Shown here: positions 34,007 through 43,740 of the stretch, one piece after another
Layout: each line of letters opens with the position of its first letter
Numbering within the stretch: position 1 is the first letter of the stretch
DNA from: Gaiellaceae bacterium
GTDB taxonomy: Bacteria; Actinomycetota; Thermoleophilia; Gaiellales; Gaiellaceae
Direction of reading: 5' to 3'
Assembly: GCA_036564335.1 (NCBI GenBank)
Contig: DATCPA010000090.1
Span: forward strand, 1 to 57,200
DNA: 57,200 nucleotides
Made by a program: the position numbers and the translations under genes
Notes under the pieces: generated by a model
What the model was told of the DNA's origin: nothing
Databases searched by the model: none
Seen by the model: the letters and a program-made list of their open reading frames with translations, nothing else

Positions 34007-35975
34007 CGGTCCCAACAAGCCCAACCGCCCGATCCGTCCCCGCCAGGGTGGCATCTCGGGGCGCAAGCGCCGTGTCGTGATCGACACCGGTGCGGCCCGC
34101 CCGCGCCAGGACGACCGCCGCTCGCGCGAGCAGCGCGGCATCGCCCCGACGAAGCAGCCGCGCGAGATCGTTGCACCGACCGGGCCGGTCACTGTCCCGT
34201 CCGGCGTCACCGTCCGCGAGCTGTCCCAGGCGCTCGGTATCCCCGTCGCCCAGATCATCAAGATGATGATGGGCTTCGGCGAGATGGTCCAGATCACGCA
34301 GTCGCTACCCGACGACGCGGTGCAGTTGATCGGGACCGAGGTCGGCCGTGAGATCACGATCAAGCACACCAACGAGGAAGAGGTCGAGCCCGAGTCTTAC
34401 GAGGACGACCCGCAAGACCTCGCCGCGCGGCCGCCGGTCGTGACGATCATGGGCCACGTCGACCACGGGAAGACGACCCTGCTCGATGCGATCCGGCAAG
34501 CCTCGGTGGTCGAGACCGAGGCCGGCGGGATCACCCAGCACATCGGCGCGTATCAGACCGCCCACAACGACCGCAAGATCACCTTCCTCGACACGCCGGG
34601 CCACGAAGCGTTCACGGCCCTGCGCGCACGAGGTGCCAAGGTCGCCGACATCGCAGTCCTCGTCGTCGCGGCCAACGACGGCGTGATGCCGCAGACGCGC
34701 GAGTCGATCGCGCACGCGCGCGCCGCTGAGATGCCGATCGTCGTCGCCGTCAACAAGGTGGACCTGCCCGAGGCGAACACCGAGCGCGTCCGCACGGAAC
34801 TGACCGCCGAGGGGCTCCAGCCCGAGGAGTGGGGAGGGACGATCCAGTTCTCGGACGTCTCCGCGCGCGAGAAGAGCAATCTCGACGACCTGCTCGAGAA
34901 GGTGCTGCTCGTCGCCGACGCAGAGCTGGAACTGACGGCGAACCCGAATGCGGAGGCCTCCGGGCCGATCATCGAGTCACGCCTCGACGTCGGCCGCGGG
35001 CCGGTCGCAACGATGCTCGTCCAGCGCGGCACGCTGCGCGTCGGCGACGCGATCGTCGCCGGCGATGCGCACGGCAAGGTGCGCGCCCTCCAGAACTACC
35101 GCGGCGAGAAGATCAAGGAGGCACGGCCCGGCGACCCGGTCGAGATTATCGGCTTCGACAAGCCGCCGCCCGCCGGCGAGCTCGCCCGTGTCGTCGAGAA
35201 CGACCGCCAGGCACGCCACCTCGCCCAGGTGCGGGCCGAGCGCCTGCGCCGCGAGCAGCGCGCGACCCAGTCCAAGCGGGGCGTCTCGCTCGAGACACTG
35301 TTCTCGGAGTTCCAGACCGGCGCAGTGCAGGAGCTGAAGCTCGTACTGAAGGCCGACGTCCAGGGGTCGCTCGAGGCGGCGCTCAACGAGCTGTCGAAGA
35401 TCGACCACTCGGAGGTCGGAGTCAACGTGATCCACAAGGACGTCGGTGGGATCACCGCCAACGACGTCAACCTGGCCGCCGCCTCGGACGCGCTCGTCGT
35501 CGGCTTCAACGTGCGCCCCAACGCCGAGGCCCGCCAGCTCGCCGAGCGCGAGGGCGTCGAGATCCGCACGTACCGCGTCATCTACCAGCTGACCGAGGAG
35601 ATCGAGCAGGCGCTCGTCGGCATGCTCAGGCCTGTCAGCCACGAGGAGACGACCGGTGAGGCCGAGGTCAGGGCCCTCTTCCGGGTCTCGCGGCTGGGCA
35701 CGATCGCCGGCTGCATGGTCACCAGCGGTGTCATTCGCCGCGGCGGCAAGGTGCGCGTGATCCGCGACGGCACGGTCGTGATCGAGACCTCGATCTCGCA
35801 GCTGAAGCGATTCAAGGACGACGTTCGCGAGGTCCAGGAGGGCTTCGAGTGCGGGATCCTGCTCGAGGGCTTCAACGACGTGAAGGAAGGCGACGTCCTC
35901 GAGGTGTACGAGGTCCGCGAGGTCGAGCGCACCGATCTCAGCGAGTCGCCCTTGTCGGCTCCAGCCGCTTCGTAG
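33999..35975 (+). CDS. infB: translation initiation factor IF-2
   Basis: 658 aa with the G domain [20 protein letters not shown] and NKVD, plus a conserved C-terminal domain. Confidence 0.95.
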   Translation: MADGPNKPNRPIRPRQGGISGRKRRVVIDTGAARPRQDDRRSREQRGIAPTKQPREIVAPTGPVTVPSGVTVRELSQALGIPVAQIIKMMMGFGEMVQITQSLPDDAVQLIGTEVGREITIKHTNEEEVEPESYEDDPQDLAARPPVVTIMGHVDHGKTTLLDAIRQASVVETEAGGITQHIGAYQTAHNDRKITFLDTPGHEAFTALRARGAKVADIAVLVVAANDGVMPQTRESIAHARAAEMPIVVAVNKVDLPEANTERVRTELTAEGLQPEEWGGTIQFSDVSAREKSNLDDLLEKVLLVADAELELTANPNAEASGPIIESRLDVGRGPVATMLVQRGTLRVGDAIVAGDAHGKVRALQNYRGEKIKEARPGDPVEIIGFDKPPPAGELARVVENDRQARHLAQVRAERLRREQRATQSKRGVSLETLFSEFQTGAVQELKLVLKADVQGSLEAALNELSKIDHSEVGVNVIHKDVGGITANDVNLAAASDALVVGFNVRPNAEARQLAEREGVEIRTYRVIYQLTEEIEQALVGMLRPVSHEETTGEAEVRALFRVSRLGTIAGCMVTSGVIRRGGKVRVIRDGTVVIETSISQLKRFKDDVREVQEGFECGILLEGFNDVKEGDVLEVYEVREVERTDLSESPLSAPAAS

Positions 35976-36016
35976 TCCCACCGACGGCCGACCGCGTTTC
36001 GAGCGACAATCCGGCC

Positions 36017-36316
36017 ATCGGCGCGGGTTACGTTGGCATCCTCTCGGTTGAGCTGCACTTCCCGGAAGCGGGATCGCTGAAGGGAAAGCGCAAGCACGTC
36101 AAGTCGGCGAAGGCGCAGCTGCAGAACCGTTTTGGAGCATCCGTGGCCGAGGTCGACCACCACGACCTCTGGCAGCGCAGCCGGCTGGCGATGTCGTGCG
36201 CCGCCCGCGAGGTGGGCGAGCTCCACGCGCTGCTCGACAGCGCCGAGCGCTGGCTGCACGGCCAGGACTGGGTGGTCGCCGGCGTCGCCCGGCGGATCGT
36301 CTCCCTCGACGACTGA
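36017..36316 (+). CDS. DUF503 domain-containing protein (YlxP-like); start codon unresolved
   Basis: Lies in the frame of ORF 35849..36316. YVGILSVELHFPEAGSLKGKRKHVKSAKAQLQNRF matches the DUF503 N-terminal strand plus the SLKxKR motif. There is no ATG, GTG, TTG or CTG between the infB stop and this strand. ATC 36017 is given only as a placeholder. Confidence 0.6.
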   Translation: MGAGYVGILSVELHFPEAGSLKGKRKHVKSAKAQLQNRFGASVAEVDHHDLWQRSRLAMSCAAREVGELHALLDSAERWLHGQDWVVAGVARRIVSLDD

Positions 36317-36353
36317 CGGCCTGCGTCGGGAGACTCGCGGTACCGTACGAGCG

Positions 36354-36695
36354 ATGAGCGGGCGCATGCGCAGGGTGAACGAGTCGGTGCGGCAGGTGCT
36401 GTCGGAGACCCTGCCGGAGCTCAAGGATCCCCGGATCGGATTTGTGACGGTTACCGGCGTCGAGACCACGACCGACCTTCGGCACGCGCGCGTGTTCGTC
36501 AGCGTCTTCGGCTCCGAGAAGAAGCAGCAGGCCACCCTGGACGGGCTGGCCGCCGCCCACGGCGTCCTCCAGGCCCGCATCGGTCGCGAGCTGAGAATGA
36601 AGCGGACCCCTCAGCTGACCTTCGAATACGATCGAACGGTTGAAGAGGGCGTTCGCATGAGCAAGCTGATCGACGAGCTCGTCCGTGACGAGTGA
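36354..36695 (+). CDS. rbfA: ribosome-binding factor A
   Basis: In-frame ATG 36354. It has RRVNESVRQVLSE.L..LKDPRIGFVTVTGVETT.DLRHA.V and P.L.F.YD. Confidence 0.9.
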   Translation: MSGRMRRVNESVRQVLSETLPELKDPRIGFVTVTGVETTTDLRHARVFVSVFGSEKKQQATLDGLAAAHGVLQARIGRELRMKRTPQLTFEYDRTVEEGVRMSKLIDELVRDE

Positions 36696-37671
36696 GCTGA
36701 TCGCGGTCGCAGACGCGATTCGCTCGAACGACCGCTTCCTCCTCGTCACCCACGAGAACCCCGACGGTGACGCGTTCGGCTCGATTCTCGGCACCAAGCT
36801 GGCGCTCGACCTGCTCGACAAGGACAGCGTGATGTACCTCTCCGGCGACCTGGGGCTCCCGGACGAGTACTCGTTCCTGGACCTCGCCGACCTGCGCCGC
36901 GAGCTGCCTCCCGACGCGGGGGAGCGGGTCGTGTTCGCGCTCGATTGCGCCACCGCGAACCGCACGGGTCTCGCCCCTGAGTTCCTCGAGGCTGCGCCGC
37001 TCGTGCTCGACGTCGACCACCATCCCGACAACACGCGCTTCGGCCGGATCAACTTGATCGTCCCGGACGCGTCCTCGACCGGCGAGATCGTCCGCGACCT
37101 GCTCGCCGAGCTCGGGGTGGCGCTGACGCCCCAGATCGCCGAGGCGCTCTACGTCGCCCTCGTCACGGACACCGGCCGCTTCCAGTACGCGAACACGACA
37201 CCGAAGTCGCTTCGGCTGGCCGCCGAGCTGGTCGAGGCCGGAGTGGACGTGCAGCGGATCTTCCAGGGCATCTACGAGTCGGTCGAGTTCGCGAAGCTCA
37301 AGCTGCTGGCGAAGGCACTCGACCGTGCCCAGCTCTACGAAGGCGGCCGCCTGGTGATCACCTACCTGCTGCGCAGCGATTTCACCGAGCTGGGCGTGGG
37401 CGAGGAGTACGCCGAGGGGATCATCGACTTCCTCCGCGCGGTTGACGGAACGGAGATGGCCGCGGCGATCCGCGAGCCGCCCGAGCCGCCCGAGGCGCCG
37501 CACCGGGTCTCGATGCGATCGTCCCGCGATGAGCTCGACGTGTCTGCCATCGCCCGCAAGCGGTCAGGCGGCGGCCATCGCCAGGCCGCGGGGTTCTCGA
37601 CCGACGAGTCGGTCGAGGAGATCATCGAGTTCATCCGCGGCGAGTTCGCAAATGCCTCCGCGCGCGCTTAG
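36685..37671 (+). CDS. nrnA: DHH-family bifunctional oligoribonuclease / pAp phosphatase NrnA
   Basis: 328 aa with HENPDGDAFGS, DVDHH, a DHHA1 C-terminus and GGGH. Confidence 0.88.
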   Translation: MTSELIAVADAIRSNDRFLLVTHENPDGDAFGSILGTKLALDLLDKDSVMYLSGDLGLPDEYSFLDLADLRRELPPDAGERVVFALDCATANRTGLAPEFLEAAPLVLDVDHHPDNTRFGRINLIVPDASSTGEIVRDLLAELGVALTPQIAEALYVALVTDTGRFQYANTTPKSLRLAAELVEAGVDVQRIFQGIYESVEFAKLKLLAKALDRAQLYEGGRLVITYLLRSDFTELGVGEEYAEGIIDFLRAVDGTEMAAAIREPPEPPEAPHRVSMRSSRDELDVSAIARKRSGGGHRQAAGFSTDESVEEIIEFIRGEFANASARA

Positions 37672-38431
37672 GCCGAGCGGGCTGGTTCTTGTCGACAAGC
37701 CGGCGGGACCGTCCTCCTTCCAGGTGATTGCGGCAATCCGCCGCCGCACCGGGGCACGCACCGGCCACGCCGGGACGCTCGATCCCTTTGCGACGGGGCT
37801 CTTGCTCGTGTTGTCCGGTGCGGCAACCAGGCTGGCGCCGTGGCTGGTCGGGCTCGACAAGCGCTACCTGACGGAGGTCGATCTCTCGGCGCGGACTTCG
37901 ACCGGCGACCCGGAGGGCGAGCCCGTGGAGGAGCTCGAGCCGCCGGCTCCGGACGAGCTCGAGCGCCGGCTCGCGGGCCTGCGCGGCGAGGTGGAGCTGC
38001 CGATCCCCGCCGCCTCGGCGGTCAAGATCGGCGGTGAGCGCGCGTACAGCCTGCACCGCCGCGGCGAGGTGGTGGAGATGCCGGTTCGGCGCTCCCGGGT
38101 CGACGCGCTCGAGCTGGTGTCCTACGAGGACGGGGTCGCGCGGCTCGATCTGCGCGTCGGCTCGGGGACGTACGTCCGCTCGATCGCCGACGCCCTCGGC
38201 GGCCACTGCCGGATGCTGCGGCGCCTCGAGGTCGGGCCGTTCTCCGTCGAGGAGGCCGACGAGGAGCGAATGCTGCCGGCTGCGGAGGCGCTGCCGTTCT
38301 TGCCCGCGGTGGAGGTGACCCCGGACGAGGCGGCGGCGATCCGGGGCGGCCGGAGCCATGCGGCCGCGGACACCCGCGCCTTGCTCGACGGGGAGCTCGT
38401 CGCAGTCGGGCGGGTGGTGATGCCTGTATGA
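37652..38431 (+). CDS. truB: tRNA pseudouridine(55) synthase
   Basis: In-frame ATG 37652 within ORF 37442..38431. It has GLVLVDKPAGPSS, the catalytic-Asp motif GHAGTLDPFATGLL, and KIGGERAY. Confidence 0.9.
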   Translation: MPPRALRPSGLVLVDKPAGPSSFQVIAAIRRRTGARTGHAGTLDPFATGLLLVLSGAATRLAPWLVGLDKRYLTEVDLSARTSTGDPEGEPVEELEPPAPDELERRLAGLRGEVELPIPAASAVKIGGERAYSLHRRGEVVEMPVRRSRVDALELVSYEDGVARLDLRVGSGTYVRSIADALGGHCRMLRRLEVGPFSVEEADEERMLPAAEALPFLPAVEVTPDEAAAIRGGRSHAAADTRALLDGELVAVGRVVMPV

Positions 38432-39309
38432 AGGTCGCCCACTCGATCACGGAGCTCGAGCGGAAGGAGCGAGCCGTCGCGCTGGGGACCTTCGACGGCG
38501 TGCATCTCGGCCACCGCCGCGTGATCGAGACGGCGCTCGAGGCCGGCGGGACGCCGACGGTAGTCACCTTCCATCCGCACCCGCGCCGCGTGCTCGGGTA
38601 CGGGGTCGAGCTGCTGACGACACTCGAGCGGCGGCTCGAGCTGCTCGCGGAGCTCGGCGTGGAGGAGACGCTCGTGGTCGAGTTCACGCTCGACCTCCAG
38701 CGGATCGAGGCCGAGGCCTTCGCACGGGAATACCTCGAGCCGATCGGGACGCGGACCGTCGTCGCCGGGCCCGATTTCCGCTTCGGGCACAAGCGCGAGG
38801 GCAATCTCCAATTGCTGGAGCAGCTCGGCTTCGACGTGCGGGTCGTACCGGCGGTCGAAGGCGTGTCTTCGTCGGCGATCCGGCAGCTGCTCCACGGCGG
38901 CGACGTTGGAGGAGCGGCCAGGCTCCTCGGGCGGCCCGCCGAGGTCGAGGGCCTGGTCGTGGAGGGGGATGCCAGGGGCGGGACGCTCGGGTTCCCGACC
39001 GCGAACCTGGCGGTCGAGCCGGACATGCTCGTCCCGGCGACCGGCATCTACGCCGGCTTTGCCGCCGGTCCCAAGATCGAGGGAAAGAGAGCCGCGGTCT
39101 CGATCGGCGTAAACCCGCATTACGGCGGCCACGAGCTGCGGGTCGAGGCCTTCCTGCTCGGCTTCGCCGGCGACCTGTACGGCAAACGCCTCGTGGTCGA
39201 GCTCTGGCGGCGGTTGCGCGACGAGCGGGCGTTCGGCAGCGAGCAGGAGCTGATCGACCAGATCGCCCGGGACGTCGAGCAGACCGAGCACGCCGAGCGG
39301 CCGATCTGA
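38428..39309 (+). CDS. ribF: bifunctional riboflavin kinase / FAD synthetase
   Basis: 293 aa with ALGTFDGVHLGHRRV, GFPTANL, and the riboflavin kinase motifs in the C-terminal half. It forms an ATGA junction with truB. Confidence 0.92.
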   Translation: MKVAHSITELERKERAVALGTFDGVHLGHRRVIETALEAGGTPTVVTFHPHPRRVLGYGVELLTTLERRLELLAELGVEETLVVEFTLDLQRIEAEAFAREYLEPIGTRTVVAGPDFRFGHKREGNLQLLEQLGFDVRVVPAVEGVSSSAIRQLLHGGDVGGAARLLGRPAEVEGLVVEGDARGGTLGFPTANLAVEPDMLVPATGIYAGFAAGPKIEGKRAAVSIGVNPHYGGHELRVEAFLLGFAGDLYGKRLVVELWRRLRDERAFGSEQELIDQIARDVEQTEHAERPI

Positions 39310-39312
39310 GAG

Positions 39313-40755
39313 TCAGATGGTCGCGGCCGTGCCGCTCCGCCTCGAGTCGGCGGCCGGCCCTGCGCGTGAGACGAGGCTGACGCCGCCGAAGTAGTGATGC
39401 TTTCCGGGCCAGCGCCTCACGGTCAGGCCACATTTCTCCAGCTCGGCGAGCGCGCTCTCGTCGACGCCCTGCTCGGCGTTGACGACGCTCCCGGCGCGAT
39501 GGGCCCGGGGCCGCTCGACCGCCGCCTGCGGCTCGAGACCCTCGTCGAGGATCGCAGCGGTGACGCCGACGAGCGCGGTTCGGAGGCGGGTCCCACCGGC
39601 CGAACCGATCGCGAGCGCGGGGCCCTGGTCGTCGACCGCGAAGCTCGGGGCCATCATGCTCTGCATCCGGCTGCCCGGCTCCAGTGGGCCGACGAGCAGG
39701 TCGACCTCGCCGAGCATGCTGTTCAGGTGCAGGTCGAGCCCCGGCAACCAGTCACCGGAGCCGAGGCCCAGGCTCGTCGTCAGCACGCAGGCATTGCCCT
39801 CGTCGTCGACCGTGACCAGGTTGGTCGTGTGCGTCTCGGCGCCGGCCGCGGCGTCGAGGGCGTCGAGGAAGACGAGTGTCCGCTCGGGCTCCGGGCGACC
39901 GCGGAGAACCGGCATGCACTCGAGCGCGAGCGCAACCCCTGCGAGGCCGGAGCGGGTGAGGAAGCGGGTGCCGGCGTAGGGCGCCTGAACGGCCTCCGAC
40001 CACGTCGCCTCGTACTCACGGAGATCCCGTCGGGTGACGAGTCCCCCGCGTTCCTCGAGCAGCTCGACCAGCGACGCCGCGATCGAGCCCCGGTACACGC
40101 TCGCAGCACCCTCCTCGGCCAGGAGCTCGAGCGCACGGACGAGCCCCGGCTGCTCGAGCAGCTCGCCGGGCCGGAGGAGCCGGCCGCCCGGCGCGTAGAT
40201 ACGCGCGCCTTCGCGCATCGTCATCACGGGCTCGAGCATCTCGAGGCAGGAGACGTGTGCCGGCGGCATCGGCACTCCCTCCTGTGCCAGTCGCAGCGCC
40301 GGGGAGCAGAGGTCACGCCAGGGGAGCCGTCCGTGCTCGCGCCAGAGCGCGTCCAGCCCGGCGGGGAGACCGGGCACGGCGCAGGAGGCGGGCCCAACGG
40401 CGTAGTGAACGAGCTCCTCGCCGAACCGCACGTCGAGCTCGAGGAGCTCGCCGCCCGTTCCGCCCAGGCGCGCAGAATGCGCGCCGGTCTTCTGGCCGGG
40501 CGCAGCCGGCTTTGCCGGCTGTGCTCCCAGCCTCGGGACGGCGCAGAAGCAGTCGAGATTGCGTGCCTGTCCGCTACGCGCGTCCCAGTAGATCGCGTGC
40601 CCGCCTCCGAGCAGGCCGGTCATCACCGTTTCCGCGACGCAGGACGCGAGGGAGGCCGCCACGGCGGCGTCGGCGGCGGTCCCGCCGGCTTCGAGGACCT
40701 CGATGCCGACGGCGGTGGTGGCGGGGTGGCCCGCAGCAACAGCTGCCGGGAGCAT
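39313..40755 (-). CDS. ggt: gamma-glutamyltransferase family protein (no signal peptide visible)
   Basis: 480 aa with an N-terminal [27 protein letters not shown]. The autoprocessing threonine context is [15 protein letters not shown], and GSAGG lies near the C-terminus. Confidence 0.85.
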   Translation of the reverse strand: MLPAAVAAGHPATTAVGIEVLEAGGTAADAAVAASLASCVAETVMTGLLGGGHAIYWDARSGQARNLDCFCAVPRLGAQPAKPAAPGQKTGAHSARLGGTGGELLELDVRFGEELVHYAVGPASCAVPGLPAGLDALWREHGRLPWRDLCSPALRLAQEGVPMPPAHVSCLEMLEPVMTMREGARIYAPGGRLLRPGELLEQPGLVRALELLAEEGAASVYRGSIAASLVELLEERGGLVTRRDLREYEATWSEAVQAPYAGTRFLTRSGLAGVALALECMPVLRGRPEPERTLVFLDALDAAAGAETHTTNLVTVDDEGNACVLTTSLGLGSGDWLPGLDLHLNSMLGEVDLLVGPLEPGSRMQSMMAPSFAVDDQGPALAIGSAGGTRLRTALVGVTAAILDEGLEPQAAVERPRAHRAGSVVNAEQGVDESALAELEKCGLTVRRWPGKHHYFGGVSLVSRAGPAADSRRSGTAATI

Positions 40756-40846
40756 CCTTGCTACCCTACGGCAGACCGCAATCTCGGCCGTACGTGGCGC
40801 TTCCCACGGCGCGCTGGGATCGCGGAGACATCTACTCGGAGGTCAC

Positions 40847-41116
40847 ATGACCCTCACCAAGGAAGCGAAGCTGGACATCGTCGGCAAGCACGGCCGGCAC
40901 GGGAGCGACACCGGTTCCCCGGAGGTGCAGGTCGCCCTCCTGACGACCCGGATCAACGAGCTCACCGGGCACCTGCGCACCCACTCGAAGGACCATTACT
41001 CGCGTCGCGGGTTGCTCAAGCTCGTCGGCCGGCGCCGCCGACTGCTCAACTATCTCCAGCGTACGAACCTGGAGAGCTATCGCGCTCTGATCAAGGAGTT
41101 GGGCCTGAGGAGATAA
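40847..41116 (+). CDS. rpsO: 30S ribosomal protein S15
   Basis: In-frame ATG 40847 preceded by GGAGG. It has [40 protein letters not shown]. Confidence 0.95.
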   Translation: MTLTKEAKLDIVGKHGRHGSDTGSPEVQVALLTTRINELTGHLRTHSKDHYSRRGLLKLVGRRRRLLNYLQRTNLESYRALIKELGLRR

Positions 41117-41134
41117 GGGGCCCGTAATCGAACC

Positions 41135-41212
41135 GGAGAGTGGAAGTTTGAGCGAGCGCGCGACCAGGCCGGCGCTGACTCAAACCTCCACTCTCCACGG
41201 AAAAGTGGAGGA
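41135..41212 (+). promoter_or_regulatory. structured pnp leader: long hairpin plus SD-sequestering hairpin
   Basis: GGAGAGTGGAAGTTTGAG (41135-41152) pairs with CTCAAACCTCCACTCTCC (41179-41196), giving 18 bp with one A.C mismatch. CTCCAC (41193-41198) also pairs with GTGGAG (41205-41210), which overlaps the GGAGGA SD. Confidence 0.6.
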
Positions 41213-41217
41213 ATGAC

Positions 41218-43689
41218 ATGAGTGTTGCCACCGGCAACGTGACCGCGGTCTCATTGACCGTCGGTGAGCAGGAGATCAGCTTCGAGACGGGCAAGCTGGC
41301 CAAGCAGGCCGACGGCGCCGTCGTCGTCCGTTCGGGCGAGACGATGGTGCTGGCGACGGCGCAGGGACGGATGGAGGCGCGCGAGGGCGCGGACTTCTTC
41401 CCCCTGACCGTCGACGTCGAAGAGCGGATGTACGCCGCCGGGAAGATCCCGGGCGGCTTCTTCAAGCGCGAGGGACGCCCCACGGAGCGGGCGATCCTGA
41501 CAGCGCGCATGATCGACCGGCCGATCCGGCCGTTGTGGCCGAAGGGCTTCCGCAACGAGGTGCAGGTGATCTGCACCGTGCTCTCGGCCGACCTCGTCAC
41601 GCCGCACGACATCCTCTGCATCAACGGTGCTTCCGCGGCGTTGATGATCTCGCCGCTGCCCTTCAGTGGGCCGGTCGGCGCTGTGCGCGTGGGGATGATC
41701 GACGGTCAGCTCGTCATCAATCCGACGCTGCAGGAGATCGAGAACGAGAGCACGCTCGACCTGATCGTCGTCGGCACCAAGGACGGGCTGACGATGGTGG
41801 AGGCGGGCGCCGAGGAGATCCCCGAGGACACACTGCTCGCAGCGCTGGAGCAGGCCCACGAGGAGATCATCAAGCTCTGCGAGGCGCAGGAGGACCTGGC
41901 GCGCCAGGCCGGCAAGCCGAAGTGGCTCGACACCTCTCTGACGAGCGAGCTGGACGCGGCGCACGGTGACCGCATTCGTGACCGCATCCGCCAGGAAGGT
42001 CTCCGTGAGGCCGCCGCGGCAGTGGAGGAGATCTCCGCCGAGCTCTCCCCGGAGCTGACGATGGAGTCGACCGAGGAGGACATCACCCGCCAGGTGCAGG
42101 TACGGGCGAGCCTGAACGCGCTGCTCGAGAGCCTCAGGCTCAAGGCCGTCGAAGGCCCGGTCCGCGAGCAGTTCGAGACCGAGCTTCGCGCGCTCACCGA
42201 TGCAGAGCAGGACTCGAAGGAGCTGAAGTCCGCGAAGCGGAACCTGCTCTTCGACCGGATCGTGGAGACCGTGGAGCTGCCGTTCCCGGTCGGTGTCTCA
42301 CCCGGCGAGGGCGAGGCTGCCCTCAAGGACAGCCTGACGAAGCAGTTCGTCAAGCGGGCAGCCGAGGCGATCTACAAGGACCTCGTCCGCAAGAAGATCG
42401 CGATCGAGAAGCGGCGCCCGGATGGGCGCGGCACGGACGAGATTCGCCCGATCGAGTGCGAGGTCGGCGTGTCACCGCGCACGCACGGCTCGGCGCTCTT
42501 TACCCGCGGGCAGACGCAGATCATGAGCCTGCTGACGCTCGGCACGGCCAAGGAGGGGCAGCGGATCGACGATCTGTCTCTGGAGACGGACCGGCGGTTC
42601 ATGCACCACTACAACTTCCCGCCCTACTCGGTCGGCGAGACCGGGTTCATGCGGGGGCCGAAGCGCCGTGACATCGGTCACGGGGCGCTGGCGCAGCGGG
42701 CGCTGGAGCCGATGATCCCGACGGCCGACGAGTTCCCCTACACGATCCGCATCGTCTCCGAGACACTGGAGTCGAACGGCTCGTCGTCGATGGGCTCGGT
42801 CTGCGGCTCGACCCTCGCCCTGATGGACGCGGGCGTGCCGATCAAGGCCCCGGTGAGCGGGATCGCGATGGGTCTCGTCAAGGAGGGCGAGGACTACGTG
42901 ATCCTGACCGACATCCAGGGCGCGGAGGATCACCTGGGCGACATGGACTTCAAGGTCGCCGGCACCCGGGAGGGTGTGACCGCGCTTCAGATGGACATCA
43001 AGATCACCGGCGTCACCCAGCAGATCATGCGCGAGGCGCTGACGCAGGCGAAGCAGGCCCGCGAGTTCATCCTCGACAAGATGGGCGAGACGATCTCGGA
43101 GACGCGCACGGAGCTCTCCGAGAACGCGCCGCGCATCTCGACGGTGAAGATCGACCCGGAGAAGATCGGCATGGTGATCGGCAAGGGCGGCGAGACGATC
43201 CGCGCACTCGAGTCCGAGAACGACGTGCAGATCGACATCGAGGAAGACGGGACGATCCTGATCTACGCGACCGACGGGGCGAAGGCGGCCTCGGCGATCG
43301 AGGCGATCGAGTCGATCACGAAGGAGCCCGAGGTGGGGGACACCTACACGGGCAAGGTCGTCAAGACCACGCAGTTCGGCGCCTTTGTCGAGCTGAAGAA
43401 GGGCACGGACGGACTGCTCCACGTCTCGAACGTGGGCCCGGGCCGGGTCGCTCACATCGAGGACGTGATGGAGCGCGGCGACGTGGTCGACGTGATCGTC
43501 CAGGAGGTGGACAAGGCCCGGGGCCGGATCGGCCTCAAGCTCGTCGCGAAGCACGAGAACGGATCGCTCGTCCAGCCGGAAGAGCTGATCGAGCGTGCGA
43601 AGGACGCGCCGCCTCGCCCCCGCGAGGAGGAGCGCCCGCGGGGCGGCGACCGCGGACGCGGCGGCGGCCGCGGCGGGCCGCGCCGCTAG
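41218..43689 (+). CDS. pnp: polyribonucleotide nucleotidyltransferase (PNPase)
   Basis: 823 aa with two RNase PH domains, KH (GKGGETIRAL) and S1 (GDTYTGKVVKTTQFGAFVEL) domains, and an arginine/glycine-rich tail. Confidence 0.95.
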   Translation: MSVATGNVTAVSLTVGEQEISFETGKLAKQADGAVVVRSGETMVLATAQGRMEAREGADFFPLTVDVEERMYAAGKIPGGFFKREGRPTERAILTARMIDRPIRPLWPKGFRNEVQVICTVLSADLVTPHDILCINGASAALMISPLPFSGPVGAVRVGMIDGQLVINPTLQEIENESTLDLIVVGTKDGLTMVEAGAEEIPEDTLLAALEQAHEEIIKLCEAQEDLARQAGKPKWLDTSLTSELDAAHGDRIRDRIRQEGLREAAAAVEEISAELSPELTMESTEEDITRQVQVRASLNALLESLRLKAVEGPVREQFETELRALTDAEQDSKELKSAKRNLLFDRIVETVELPFPVGVSPGEGEAALKDSLTKQFVKRAAEAIYKDLVRKKIAIEKRRPDGRGTDEIRPIECEVGVSPRTHGSALFTRGQTQIMSLLTLGTAKEGQRIDDLSLETDRRFMHHYNFPPYSVGETGFMRGPKRRDIGHGALAQRALEPMIPTADEFPYTIRIVSETLESNGSSSMGSVCGSTLALMDAGVPIKAPVSGIAMGLVKEGEDYVILTDIQGAEDHLGDMDFKVAGTREGVTALQMDIKITGVTQQIMREALTQAKQAREFILDKMGETISETRTELSENAPRISTVKIDPEKIGMVIGKGGETIRALESENDVQIDIEEDGTILIYATDGAKAASAIEAIESITKEPEVGDTYTGKVVKTTQFGAFVELKKGTDGLLHVSNVGPGRVAHIEDVMERGDVVDVIVQEVDKARGRIGLKLVAKHENGSLVQPEELIERAKDAPPRPREEERPRGGDRGRGGGRGGPRR

Positions 43690-43697
43690 GAGCTGAG

Positions 43698-43730
43698 GTC
43701 GGGGCGCCGGAAGCTTTCCGGCGCTCCGAC
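43698..43730. terminator. bidirectional hairpin between pnp and the MFS gene
   Basis: GTCGGGGCGCCGGAA-gc-TTCCGGCGCTCCGAC forms a 15-bp stem with one G.U pair. Confidence 0.6.
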
Positions 43731-43740
43731 TTGCGCTGCG

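Noticed and set aside
43535-43740. Extension of the 550-aa ORF 43535..45187 beyond the MFS C-terminus and across the pnp terminator
   Set aside because: After the frameshift at about 44675 this frame is Arg/Pro-rich nonsense. The authentic C-terminal half of the transporter is in the 43741..44841 frame.
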